Notes under the pieces: generated by a model
What the model was told of the DNA's origin: nothing
Database searches by the model: none
What the model saw: only the letters and a program-made list of their open reading frames with translations
Source: Cyanophora paradoxa CCMP329
Lineage: Eukaryota; Plantae; Glaucophyta
DNA: 64,000 bases
NCBI GenBank assembly: GCA_004431415.1
Contig: QPMI01000050.1
Location: 1-64,000 of the forward strand
Direction of reading: 5' to 3'
Position numbers and translations under genes: made by a program
Shown: piece by piece, positions 12,454 to 23,509 of the stretch
Numbering within the stretch: the first letter of the stretch is position 1
Layout of the letters: the number at the start of each line of letters is the position of its first letter

Positions 12454-13820
12454 ATGGATATCACTTCCACTCTTCAAAGACTTTCGCTGAAAGAAGCCCT
12501 AACAACCCCAGAAGAGGCGAAAGCCTTTTTCCTGGATAACTCCCTTATGCTTGGTCTCGAATCCAAATCTAAGCCAGTTCTAGTTGTTGTGAATCCCAGC
12601 AATACTTTTGAGAATAATGTTGGAAATCGCATTTCCTTCAAGCTACCTCGCTACAATTTCTGTGGAAAACTCGAACTTGCTTTCGACCTACCAGAAATCA
12701 CTTTTGCTGGTGAAGATCTAGTTCGCAATGGATACACTCGCCCAGTTGGTGCTTTAGTTCAGCGACTTGAAATTACCTATGGATCTTACACCTACCACAT
12801 TCCTTCTGATTTCCTTGCTCATTTCCCCTGGTCTATTATTCGGAGGATCAACTAGCTAAAAAGAAACGCTCAATGGGCATGGTTCATGGAATCCCTGCTC
12901 ATGGAACCAACCGACTTGGTGGCTCATTTTTCGTTGAAATCCCAGTGCCTTGGCTAAATCACTATCTTCCCCTTGGTGCTTTATCTGGTGAAATGGTTGT
13001 TACTGTTTGGTTTAAGGATGCTGGAAAGGGTTATGTTGAAACTTCCTATGGTGGTCGCTCTCTCCCTGTTGTTGGTGGGACAGCTGCTGATAAGACAGAA
13101 GATGATGGTCTTGGTGATACTGCTAATGCTACACTTGCCCATGTTGGTCAAAACATCACCACTTTCAGTCTTGGTGCAACAACCCCTGCTATTTCAATTA
13201 CTTCTCCTCGCCTTTACATGCATGCTATTAATGTTTCTGATGAGCTTTTCGCTACTGTAATTGAAAAAGTAAAGACTACTGGCATGGCTATTCCCTCCCT
13301 TGATATTGGATTTGTAGATGCCATTGCTTTCCCTGCCAAGGGCAATGCCCAGCCCAATCGAATTAACCTCTCTCAAATCTCAGGTCTTGTCTATGCTCTG
13401 CTTGTTTCAGTTCGTGATTATGAGACTGTTGACAAATCCAATGGCTCCCACAGTGTTCTTAAGACCTATGCCAACTCCAAAGAGATAACATTCACAACTG
13501 AAATAAATGGACAGCGACTTTTTGCCACTGAGCCAATTTCTCTACTCAAAGGAGCTGAGCTAATTGCTGATGCCTTCAAATGCTCTAACATGGATAAGGT
13601 TGCAGATAAATATGTCCTTTCAGGACTCCCATTCTGCCTTGATGGAGAAAAGGCAATTCGAAATATTGCTCAAAGTGGATTTGTAGACCTGACTAATTCC
13701 TCATCTTCATTCCTCACACTCTACATGCCCACAGATAAGACAATCAATGTTCAAGTTCGCGCTTTAATGCATAGTTTCCTCATTATAGACGGTTCAGGTG
13801 TTCGTAGAATCAATTTATAG
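12454..13820 (+). CDS. Major capsid protein (double jelly-roll), one frameshift near 12,825
   Basis: About 455 aa and beta-rich. ISFKLPR..KLELAFDLP, LVQRLEITYG and FFVEIPVPW..YLPLGAL..MVVTVWF resemble DJR MCP motifs. Located between penton and packaging ATPase. Confidence 0.8.
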
Positions 13821-13879
13821 ACCATATTCAGTCTCCCTGCATTATTTTTATCTGTCTTTATTTAGGAAGATCTACAACA

Positions 13880-14662
13880 ATGCAAGATTTAGAAGAGTTT
13901 AATGTTTCTGAAATGATAAAAGGTGTTTTCAGAGCCATTTTTATAGGCAAAAGTTGTACGGGAAAAAGCGAATGTGTAAAGTATTGGTTAAAGCAATTAC
14001 ATGATGCCAAAGTTATTGATGTTGTCCTAGTTGTGAGTGGGACCAGCTTTAATCATTTCTGGAGAGAGGTTGCAACAGTAGAACTTGGTAAATGGGATGC
14101 TGGTTACATTTCAAAGCTTTTGGATGAAAGGCAGGAGAAAATCGAAAAAGGTGAACCTGTGAACCACATGTGTGTTGTTTTAGATGATTTAATTGATAAT
14201 GAGATAGTCGATCTCACAAGGGATAAAATAATCGGATCCTTGTATTCCAGAGGTCGCCATTCGAAAATATCCATTATCTGCATTACACAGAAACTCAGAA
14301 AAGTCTCTTCCACTATTCGAGTTAATTCTGATTATGCTGTTTTCCTAAGTGCTGCTAATCGCAAAGAACTTGAAGCCATAGAGGAAGAATACAATATAAT
14401 GCGAAATAAAGAGGATTTCTACAAGATGTTTGAAGAGTATGTTCACTCCTATCAGTATATCGTTTGGTCCTCTGCTGGCTACTCAGTTAAATACTTTGTT
14501 GATAAAGCGGACCTTGTGAAAGATTTCCCATTCCCTCGCTTCCACAGGAAGCCCAAAAAGAAAGAAGATGAGCTGAAACCCCCAGAGAAAGAGGAAGCCC
14601 CCAAAGAAGTGAAGAGCCAAGTCCATAGCAATAAATTGATGCGATATAAACGCGGTTTATAA
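13880..14662 (+). CDS. A32-like (FtsK/HerA) DNA packaging ATPase
   Basis: Walker A GKSCTGKS, Walker B VVLDDL, family motif SRGRH followed by ICITQ. Confidence 0.93.
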   Translation: MQDLEEFNVSEMIKGVFRAIFIGKSCTGKSECVKYWLKQLHDAKVIDVVLVVSGTSFNHFWREVATVELGKWDAGYISKLLDERQEKIEKGEPVNHMCVVLDDLIDNEIVDLTRDKIIGSLYSRGRHSKISIICITQKLRKVSSTIRVNSDYAVFLSAANRKELEAIEEEYNIMRNKEDFYKMFEEYVHSYQYIVWSSAGYSVKYFVDKADLVKDFPFPRFHRKPKKKEDELKPPEKEEAPKEVKSQVHSNKLMRYKRGL

Positions 14663-14690
14663 AATTATCTCTCATTCTAATAAAGATACA

Positions 14691-15425
14691 ATGCCTCCCA
14701 AACGAAAGATAGGGATCCCAGCTGGGGCTGTTGGCTATTCAGGTGGTGGAAACAGTGGATCTATTAACACTGAACCAATGAAATTCAATGGTATGAACGA
14801 AATCAAACCCTCACAACCCCAAGAAGACCCCCTTAATGCTGCCTATGAGGAATCAGTCGATGACAAAGCCCCACAAAGTTCAACTGCTGACCAACTGAAC
14901 ATTTCCCCTGAGACAGCAAAGATGAAGTCTGTTGCTGAGGGTGCCAGGCGAATTATTGGTGCTGCTGATGATAAAGGTTTAGGCTTGCAAGATCTGTCAT
15001 TGGCTCGCAAAGGTGAAGGTCTTAGTAAGGAATCAGACAAGGTTATTCAGTCTATGGCTGGTGAAGTCACATACAAGACTGCTCCCACTCAAAATATTCA
15101 TCGAATTCCCAAGGCTCAATGGGATGAGATGACTGCTAAACTCAAAGATCTGGAAGCCAAATCCAGTGCTTTGGAGCAGTATGTTACTGAGAAGAAAGAG
15201 AGAGCCAAGCTAAAGGAGATGCTTCGAAAGGAAGTTTATAAAATGGGTATTACTGGTGTCCCAGATAAACAGTTTATTGCTAAGAAAGAGAACCAAATCG
15301 ATGAGCAGGCAGTAGATGAAATGAAAACAAAAACCCAAAAGGGAACCATTGAACCTGGTGCCACCAAAGCTGAAGTAGAAAAGGGAGTTGCCCCAACAGT
15401 ATATAAAAGACGAGTTTGGCTTTAA
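14691..15425 (+). CDS. Hypothetical Lys/Glu-rich viral protein
   Basis: Intact 244-aa ORF packed 28 bp after the ATPase; no recognised motif. Confidence 0.7.
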   Translation: MPPKRKIGIPAGAVGYSGGGNSGSINTEPMKFNGMNEIKPSQPQEDPLNAAYEESVDDKAPQSSTADQLNISPETAKMKSVAEGARRIIGAADDKGLGLQDLSLARKGEGLSKESDKVIQSMAGEVTYKTAPTQNIHRIPKAQWDEMTAKLKDLEAKSSALEQYVTEKKERAKLKEMLRKEVYKMGITGVPDKQFIAKKENQIDEQAVDEMKTKTQKGTIEPGATKAEVEKGVAPTVYKRRVWL

Positions 15426-15447
15426 TTATCTCTGTTTTATTAGAGAT

Positions 15448-15720
15448 ATGGACATAATACGAAAGTTCTTCGAGATGTTCAGTCTGCATGTGGTGAGCAA
15501 TTGCCACAGTGGATGTTGTGAGACAACAGTGGAGTTTGAGATGTCAGATAATGAGGATAATGCCTCAGAAGCAAGAGAAAGAAGGAGGTCTACAGTTTCT
15601 GTGGAGTCAATGCCAGCAGAACCCACAGAGTATACATATGAGCAACAGGAGTATCCAAGGAGAAGTTCTCTGCCAGCAGAAAACGTTTTCTCTGGGAATA
15701 TAAATGGAGGATACTATTAG
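15448..15720 (+). CDS. Small hypothetical viral protein
   Basis: In-frame ATG 15448 within ORF 15388-15720; fits the gene packing. Confidence 0.5.
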   Translation: MDIIRKFFEMFSLHVVSNCHSGCCETTVEFEMSDNEDNASEARERRRSTVSVESMPAEPTEYTYEQQEYPRRSSLPAENVFSGNINGGYY

Positions 15721-15949
15721 TTTAATCGAGTTTACCAGTGATGAACCTGTTACTGAGGGTACTATAAGACACATTCTAGCAATGCAGAAACGATATAGAG
15801 AGGACCCAGCATATAGAGAGTATAAGAAGCAGCAAGCCCTAGCATCCTATTATCGCAGAAAAGCCCAAAAAGAGGAGCAGAGACCCAGAGGAAGACCGAT
15901 TAAATATTATTTGCCAACTGAAAGTAGCAATGGACCCCCAGGTCTATAA
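15704..15949 (+). CDS. Small basic protein with AT-hook-like RPRGRP
   Basis: KRYREDPAYREYKK..RPRGRPIK; similar to ORFs at 19027 and 26970. Confidence 0.6.
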   Translation: MEDTISLIEFTSDEPVTEGTIRHILAMQKRYREDPAYREYKKQQALASYYRRKAQKEEQRPRGRPIKYYLPTESSNGPPGL

Positions 15950-16036
15950 GAAAATTGAGAAAAAGCGGTCTCAGTATGCTACTGAGGCAGCTATAAAAAT
16001 ATATACAAAGGAATTGGCTTTATACTTGCAATCAAG

Positions 16037-16258
16037 TCACAGATAACTTTTGTAAATATGCTTTTGTTGTTTTTTGTTTGCATTCTCAGACACTGAAACA
16101 GTTATGTGAATGTTTACTGATCTATTTCTCTTTGGTTTTGCTGCATACATATTGTAACCTATCAATCTCTGTGACATTTCGATATATGCTCCAATATCTC
16201 CATGCTTAATGCATTTATCTAACTCACTCATGGTCATCTCATCAAGAGTCTTTGCCAT
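16037..16258 (-). CDS. Small hypothetical viral protein
   Basis: ATG 16258 (MAKTLDEM) in ORF 16037-16306. Confidence 0.4.
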   Translation of the reverse strand: MAKTLDEMTMSELDKCIKHGDIGAYIEMSQRLIGYNMYAAKPKRNRSVNIHITVSVSENANKKQQKHIYKSYL

Positions 16259-16325
16259 TTTGTCTTCACTATACACAATCAAGTAAGCCTTAAGTATTCT
16301 TGTCAAATTTTGGTCTTTTCCGATA

Positions 16326-16428
16326 GGTGTGACAGGTGTGACAGGTGTGACAGGTCTATCCCATCGATTTTGAAGATCAACTTTTCACCAGGGCTTTCCT
16401 TGGGATGGACCTGTCACACCTGTCACAC
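16326..16428. other. Inverted-iteron element copy 1 (putative replication origin)
   Basis: (GGTGTGACA)x3 GGTCTATCCC - 39-bp spacer - GGGATGGACC (TGTCACACC)x2, the last unit one base short; 60 bp downstream of the primase-helicase stop. The structure is seen directly; the function is inferred. Confidence 0.6.
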
Positions 16429-16487
16429 AAACCATTTTCAGTAAGGCTATAAAAATATATGTAAATCTCAATCATTAATCGTTTTCT

Positions 16488-18814
16488 TTAATATTCGGCA
16501 TCATCTTCATTGTCTTCCTGAACCCTTGTTATCTTTCGAATCCCAATATATCCTCTGGCTAGAATTCCATTAACTCGTTTTCTTTCTGATTTTACATTGA
16601 AGATCTCCCTTACTCTTTTCATAACAGATACACATTCAACTTTATCATCAACACTTTTGTATGATTTGTAAATGATATCACTGGAAACAAAGTCGTTAGC
16701 ATTATGTGTAACCTCGAAATTATCTCGAAGCCATTCACCAATCTTGTCATTTTCAGCTATAAAGTTAATTCCCTGTTCAATAATCGATTGAGGGGACTTC
16801 TTAAGATCTCTTCAACCTCTTTGTTCTTCCACATATCCAGTAATATCTTCATGTGAGCCATCTTATACTCATCATCATTGTGAAGAAGTGTGAACAGAGT
16901 TGGATCAGCTTTCTTCTGACCAGCTTCTGGCTTCTCTCTGAATATATTATTGAATCTCTGATAGGAAAGTCTTCTTTGAATTGCAAAGTCTGGTTTATTT
17001 ATAGTCAAATTGTCATTAGTTGTAATGTAGACCTGAAACATTGGGGTAAGGATAACTGGGTCTTTGAACAAGGCTCTCACAGTCATTTCATTTCCACCTG
17101 TGACCTCCTTAATCTTGGAGATCTGCAGTTTATCACCATCTTCAGCCTCATTACTGAATACAAGTCGCTTTCCAAGGAGTTTGGCAAGTTCAGGAGTAGC
17201 CTCTGATGAGTTCTTTTTAGGCTTAGTCCAATAGGATATTTCGAGAGGGCTGTAATAACGACCAGATATCTGTTTGCAGTATTCCTGAACAAGTGATTTA
17301 CCATTAGCACCAGCACCAGTCCACATATAGAACTTCTGGGATTTAGTTGATCCACTAAGGGCAATTGCAATGGATGCCAGAAGATACTTTCGCTCTGCTG
17401 GATCATCCACAATCTCTTTATAAATCTGATTGAGATGCTCTATTTTCTTGGGGTCTACATTTTCAGTATAGTCATAACCCACAGTCTTGCTCACCATATC
17501 TTCCAGTTTACCCTTTCTGAAAGTCATAGTGGTCAGATCAAATACACCATTTTCGAATCCAATCACATATGGAACTGTGTCAATCTTCTCAAAGAATTCA
17601 TCATCATTCAGCAGTGGGACCAAGTCAGTCAGAAGGGATTTGCGAAATCCTGATTGTTTAAGATTTTTGGCAATGGTCATCAATGTTTTGGATCTTTCTT
17701 CGAAAGCTGCTTTGTTTTCCTCATCCTTTAAAGCTCTTTGACTATAATGCACAGCCCTTCCAAGGTATTGGGGGACAACAAGACGGCTTATATCTAGGTA
17801 AATCTTTAGGTTTGTGTCATCATGCTCCCAAATCCCAGTATCAGTATTGAGTTTGAACCATGACTTTTTGGAGTATCTCCATGTATGTTTAAGAACCTCT
17901 TTGCATACTAAACTCACATCATAATGAGCGCCACCAGAACCAGCGGATTTATCTATAAGATTGAAGATATCAGATTGCATTCCAATGCAGATGAATCGTT
18001 TTTTGCAATTTCCACTGTAGCTTGACACAATGTATTTGTTATCATCTCCTTTAGCTTTCATAACATACCAGTTATTCGATTCATGTGAACCATTGCAGCA
18101 TGGGCAATTGAGTCCCTTGTTAGCAGCATCAAAGTTAAAGCCAAGTTCAGTTTTAGAGATTATATTGGGATGCATAAATCCCATATCCACCAGCTCTTTG
18201 ATAATATTGTTTTCCAGTTCATCATGTGAGGTAGCATTAGCAGTATACTCACTCTTATAGATGTAGTTATCTATTATCCACTTTTTGAAGTCATCAGTAG
18301 GCTCATTGAAATCACAGGTATCATCCCATGGGGAGATTACCCAAGCCTTGTTCACACTGGGACACACATTGATCAGTCCAGAAGTTCCAGTTCCAGTGAT
18401 TGTTTTCAGGTCAACCTTCTCAAAGCCTTTAAAGCCAGGAGCCTTATCGGTAATTTTGAGTTTATTGAACTCCTCAGGTCGTTTAAAGTAGACATGATAG
18501 CCTTTTTTAGTTTTTGCCATGGGCTGATTGGCATCAAAGTCATCAGGAAACATATCCCGGAATTTCTCAAAGTCCTCCTCATCATCAAAGTCAATAACCA
18601 TCATGTTGTCTGAGAGCAGAATGCCCCAAGATACATACTGATTAGTTGCCAGCGCTTCCTCATACTTTTCCCAGGACCATGCACCTCCCTTATGCTTGAA
18701 AACAGGGTCTTTGCTGTCAGGTTTCACTGGGATAATCATGTTTTTGGACAGTTCCTCATCAGATCTGAGCCAGTTAGCGAGCGATTTGAGCGATTTAGTC
18801 TGTTTGGCGTTCAT
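16488..18814 (-). CDS. Primase-polymerase / D5-like SF3 helicase fusion (frameshift near 16,795 before C-terminal domain)
   Basis: N-terminal Prim-Pol motifs VIDFDD and TKKGYHVYF, Zn finger CPCC..H..C, D5_N IGFENGVFDL, Walker A GAGANGKS, Walker B FSNE, IQRRL. Frame-corrected tail ..DKIGEWLRDNF..ARGYIGIR..AEY* ends at 16488. Confidence 0.92.
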
Positions 18815-18835
18815 TTTCAGCGATCGGGGTCCCTT

Positions 18836-18870
18836 TTATATATATAGAAGATTTTTCTTTAAGTAGTTTT
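18836..18870 (-). promoter_or_regulatory. Conserved upstream motif (minus strand AAAACTACTTAAAGAAA-ATCTTCTATATATA)
   Basis: Near-identical copy at 20161-20195 and a variant at 19299-19332. Each lies immediately upstream of a minus-strand gene start. Confidence 0.7.
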
Positions 18871-19026
18871 GGGTCCCCCAATCATTTTTTGTTGGAAATC
18901 GAGAAAGTATCCCTACGAAATTTATCCACATGATATATCGAGTGGTTTAGATACAAAAAGGATGAATGGGTATTTCAGCGAATAAACAGCATATCCCCAG
19001 CCTAGTAATATGCTGGGAAAAATAAT

Positions 19027-19281
19027 TTAGACATGTTTCAATTTTCTCCCTCTATTTGAGTAAGGGACATCATACAAATACTTGACAAAGCAGACTGCAT
19101 TGGCTGCATACTTTCGCTGACATGAACTTGCTATTTTCATTGCTCTATAGGTATCATCGGTTTGATATAGATCTCTAAGCTGTGTGGCTATTTTTTCGTT
19201 AAACTTTTTGATTTGAGCCTTACCTTTTTCAGTTTGCTGGTATCTCTTCATAGCTCTCTTCTGGGCTTCACTGAGTGGCAT
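19027..19281 (-). CDS. Small basic helical protein
   Basis: MPLSEAQKRAMKRYQQTEKGK..LYQTDDTYRAMK; preceded by the conserved upstream motif. Confidence 0.65.
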   Translation of the reverse strand: MPLSEAQKRAMKRYQQTEKGKAQIKKFNEKIATQLRDLYQTDDTYRAMKIASSCQRKYAANAVCFVKYLYDVPYSNRGRKLKHV

Positions 19282-19298
19282 TTTTCCTCTGTCTCTCT

Positions 19299-19332
19299 TA
19301 ATATATATAGAGAATTCTTTAAATCATTTTTT
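19299..19332 (-). promoter_or_regulatory. Conserved upstream motif, variant copy
   Basis: atatatatagagaattctttaaatcatttt on the + strand, upstream of ATG 19281. Confidence 0.55.
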
Positions 19333-19337
19333 GTTCT

Positions 19338-20153
19338 CTAACCTCTTTGTCCAAATCGCTCAATATACATAAGTTTGAAATGCTTACCTAGCAATGCTAC
19401 AAATGGTTCGATTTCCAAGGTCTCCCATGTTTTCTTGTCCTTATTCCATCTGCAATCTAATCCTTTTGCGATATCTTTTTTAAGATAAGGCACCTGAAAC
19501 CCAGCAACCAATGTATTTGTTGTACTGAGTTCTGCATACATTTCAATCAATGCAGATCTGCCCTCTCTGAACCTCTCTATATCATCTCTGCGAAGATTAT
19601 CCATTTTCGGAATAAATTGGTTGCACCAAATCAGGAAAAGATTAACTGCATGTTTATTCCTTGCTCTTTCTTGTTCTAATTCTCTCTCTCTTCGCTCTCT
19701 TTCTTCTAATTCAAGCTGCCTCTTTCGAGCTTCCTCTTGTTTTTCAAGTTCTCTTTTTCTTTCCAGTTCTTCTTGCTTTAAAGCGATTCTGCACTTATTA
19801 CAGAAATTATCCTTTCGGTTTTTATGCCGATCTCCACATCTTTCACATATATCTTGACCTCTGGCACCCTTCGGAATAAATCGTAAAATGCAGCAATTCC
19901 CAACAATGACCACAATCTTTTTATTAACATGCAGAATATAGCATTGCTCTTTAATTGGATGATCACAGGCGCAATGCTCAGACTCTGGAGGCAGGTCATA
20001 GTCACTTAATCCATATTTTGCAAGCTTTGCCCAAAGAGGGAGCGGTTTCCTGTTACTTCCAAGAGCAACATAATCATTGAAGTTATCAGATCCACAAAGC
20101 AACATTAAAGCCGCTTTGAGCTTTTCCAGGCAATACGATTTCTTCTCTGCCAT
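19338..20153 (-). CDS. Cys-rich viral protein with coiled coil and C-terminal DUF5710-like domain
   Basis: CACDHPI..CYI..VGNCCI.RF and CxxC..CxxC, an E/R coiled coil, then VPYLKKDIAKGLDCRWNKDKKTW. Confidence 0.65.
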   Translation of the reverse strand: MAEKKSYCLEKLKAALMLLCGSDNFNDYVALGSNRKPLPLWAKLAKYGLSDYDLPPESEHCACDHPIKEQCYILHVNKKIVVIVGNCCILRFIPKGARGQDICERCGDRHKNRKDNFCNKCRIALKQEELERKRELEKQEEARKRQLELEERERRERELEQERARNKHAVNLFLIWCNQFIPKMDNLRRDDIERFREGRSALIEMYAELSTTNTLVAGFQVPYLKKDIAKGLDCRWNKDKKTWETLEIEPFVALLGKHFKLMYIERFGQRG

Positions 20154-20160
20154 TGTCCTT

Positions 20161-20195
20161 TTATATATATAGAAGATATTTCTTTAAGTAGTTTT
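20161..20195 (-). promoter_or_regulatory. Conserved upstream motif
   Basis: tatatatatagaagatatttctttaagtagtttt on the + strand, upstream of ATG 20153 and between divergent genes. Confidence 0.7.
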
Positions 20196-20262
20196 CATCA
20201 AATTTTGTGTTCAGAATTCCCCATTTAAAACCTCCCCTTTTAGTAGGAACAAGTTAGGAACT

Positions 20263-23200
20263 ATGCCCCGAATTAGCAACAGACTCATTAGAGAGAAGAA
20301 ATGGGAACTTATGGGATTACTGGGAACACTGTATGCAGCCCATGAAATCACAGAGGCTGAATATGACCGGGAAATCGGATTTATTTCAAGGGGCAGACCC
20401 ACTTTAGCAAAATTAACCAGAAAAGCCAATAACCTCTATGACAAAGTTGAGACTCTTGATGAACTCGATCGCCTGAGGCAAATAGAACCAGAGGCAGAAG
20501 ATGGAACAGCCATGAATGAATTATATCGCTGGCTCACATACAGAGCCAGAAGGGAAGTTGTGGTAGATGTGATTGAATATTTAGATAGAATTGCAACCTC
20601 TCTACCAAAACGTTTAAGAGATAGTCTGGATCAATTCAGGGCAATCAAAGTTCGCTTGTCGTTTATCTGCAAGTTCGTAAAAGTCAGCAATCCACAGGTT
20701 TGGATATCGAAATACATTTACAGCGATTATTTTGTATTAACCAAATCGAGAAATATTCGAACTGAGCTGAATAAAGCAGCCCAAATGTGTCAGGAACAGA
20801 TGAATGTTGTTGATAGCTATCGATTGGAGAGAATCGAAATGCTAAGAGTTGCTATTATGAGTTATGCCCAACTGGTGGCTGCTATGTTAAAACACCAGAA
20901 TCAATTGCAGCCAAGAGAGCCACAGTGAATATTCGAAATATTGATGATTCTTGCTTTGAAAATGCCATTTTGGCATGGATCCATAGGAAAGATGTAAATT
21001 CCCACAAGAGAAGTGAGCTTACACAATATCGCAAATGGAAATACTCACCAACCACATACAATCCTTTGGCTCTCAATTTCGACAATATCCCATTCCCTGT
21101 TCCTTGTGATGCTGAAATCATTGATAAATTCGAATCTCAAAATGCAGGCATCAGCATAAACATATTTGGAATGGATGGAGATGTTATATATCCCCTACAT
21201 CAATCCAGCAACCCAGGCAGAAAGCAAAAGATTAATCTAATGCTCATTCATGATGATGAAGGGAATGGTCACTATATTACTATCATGTCCCTTTCAAGAC
21301 TTCTCAGAGTTGCCCTTGATAAAACCAAGGATCAAAAGTTACACTACTGTGATACATGCTTATCTCGATTCAGGTCTGAGGCTAAACTCACTGCTCATGT
21401 GGACTCAAACAGATGCATTGATTGGAGACTCTCAAAGGGAATCACCCCTAAGCCTGACACCACAATAGAGTTTGGACTGAAAAACCTCAGGAAAACTGTC
21501 TGGCTTCCTGTTGTGGTTTACTGCAAGATTGAACATAGAAGCATCCCCATTGATGCATCGAAATCCAAGAGGGAAGTCTCAGCAGTCAACATTAGAATAG
21601 TCACTGGGGCAGATGTTCAGGAGTTTCGATTTGAGGGTCAGGATCCAATGGGAGGTCTGTTTGAATGCTTGGAGTCCAAAGCAAGAGAGCTAATCGATTT
21701 CCTGTTCACCAATATTCCCATGAATGAACTCACAGATGAGCAAAAGGCTATTTACAGAGCTACCAAACACTGTTACCTTTGCAGTGAGAGGTTCACCAAG
21801 GAAAACTTCAAATGCAGGGATCATGATCACCACACAGGTAATTACATTGCACCTGCATGCAGAAACTGCAATCTCCATAGGAGAATCTCAAAGCAAACCA
21901 AAGTTGCAGTTGTTGTTGACCAAATGGATGACTGTGGGACATTCATTTTCAGAAAAATAGCAGGCATGGGTGATAAAAAGCGAATCGAAATCCTTTCGAA
22001 AAACTTTGATCAATACCTTTCATTGCAATGGGGTCTTTACAAGTTCATTGATGCAAGTAATTTTATGGACTTTGGGGCTGCTGATGTAGATGAGTTAATG
22101 AGCAAATTCCAGGCTTTCAGAAGGCTTTCACACTCAGTATATGGATTGGACCCAGTTCATTATGTATCTGCACCTGGGTTATCTTGGGATGCTATGCTTA
22201 GGACCACCAAGGCAAAAATAGAGCTTATAAGTGATGTAGAGCAATACGAATTTGTTGAGAGGGGAATCAGGGGTGGCTTTGCAACAATGCCTTGTAGGTA
22301 TGCTGAGGCTGATGGTGAAAACTCCCATATAATGCTGTTTGATGCTAACAACTTGTATGGCTACTGTTTGAGTCAGCCAATTCCAGTTGGTGATTTTAGA
22401 TGGGAGACCGAATTCAACCCACAAGATAACAGATCCAGTTTCCTAGAAGTTGATCTGGATTACCCAATTAGGCTGTTTCTAGATCACAGTGATTTCCCCC
22501 TAATTATTAACAAGAAAATAGTAGAATATGCAGAATTATCACAATATCAAAAGAGCCTATTAGATCTCTCAGGAGAAGAGCTTGATAAGACCCCTAAGCT
22601 AACTGCAACCTTTGGTTCTGTGACCAACTATGTGATTTCTGAGCCTCTTCTGCAATATCTGTTGGACAAAGGGGTGAAATTAAAGAAAGTTCACAGGGTC
22701 CTATCATTTACTGTGGCTCCTGTAATGAAACCCTATATTGAGCTGAATACTGACATGAGAAGGAAAGCAGTGAATAAATTCGAGGCTGATTTCTATAAAC
22801 TCATGAATAACTCAATCTATGGGAAATGCATTGAATCTTGCAGAGGTAGATCTGTGGTTAAGATTGCAAACAGTGAGAAACTGTTTATGAAATATGCAGC
22901 CTCCCCATTGGTGAAATCAACAAGTCCCATAAACGAAAAAGCAGTTGCCTTTGAGTTTTACACAAAGCATGTGAAGCTAGATAAGCCAGTTGCTATTGGG
23001 GCTTATGTTCTGGATGCAGCCAAACTGCATAACTACAAGTTCTTCTATGATACTGTAAGGTCCCAATGGACAAAAGCAAAGTTACTATTCCATGATACTG
23101 ACTCCTTTTGTCTATATATCGAATCTAAGACCCTACAAAAAGATATAGAGAATATATCCTATGCATTAGACCTTGGAGGTGATTCCAGAATGACCCAGGT

Positions 23201-23506
23201 AAATACAAAAATGAAATGCCTGGCTCTGCTATATTGGAGTATGTGGGTCTGAGAGCAAAAGTTTACAGTTTCAGAACTGCTGAGATTGAGAGGAGTAAGC
23301 TCTCTGGGACTTCCACTGAGGAACTCCAATTTAATGATTTTAAGCAGTGTTTATTTGCAGGTATCAGCAAGACTGTGACTGCAAAGCAGAAAAGAAGGGC
23401 AGATCACACAATAATAGACACTGTGAGTAGAAGGGTTGCCCTAAACTGCTTTGATGCAAAGAGATACATCTTACCAGATGGTATTAATTCTGTTCCTTTT
23501 AATTAA
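20263..23506 (+). CDS. Protein-primed family B DNA polymerase 1 (Polinton type; exonuclease degenerate; frameshifts near 20,870 and 23,190)
   Basis: Polymerase motifs LFDANNLYG, KLMNNSIYGK, HDTDSF and LRAKVY. N-terminal NIRNIDDSCF..GHYITI region and an embedded EndoVII-like CYLC..DHDHHTG..ACRNCN. Confidence 0.93.
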
Positions 23507-23509
23507 GAG

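Noticed and set aside
15951-15958. AAAATTGA mimivirus-type early promoter
   Set aside because: It is a single occurrence in AT-rich DNA and is not positioned upstream of a credible gene start.
16326-16428. CRISPR-like array (also at 26038-26140 and the 57-bp repeats at 31.45-32.0 kb)
   Set aside because: Repeats are directly adjacent or inverted with no unique spacers of regular length, and there are no cas genes.
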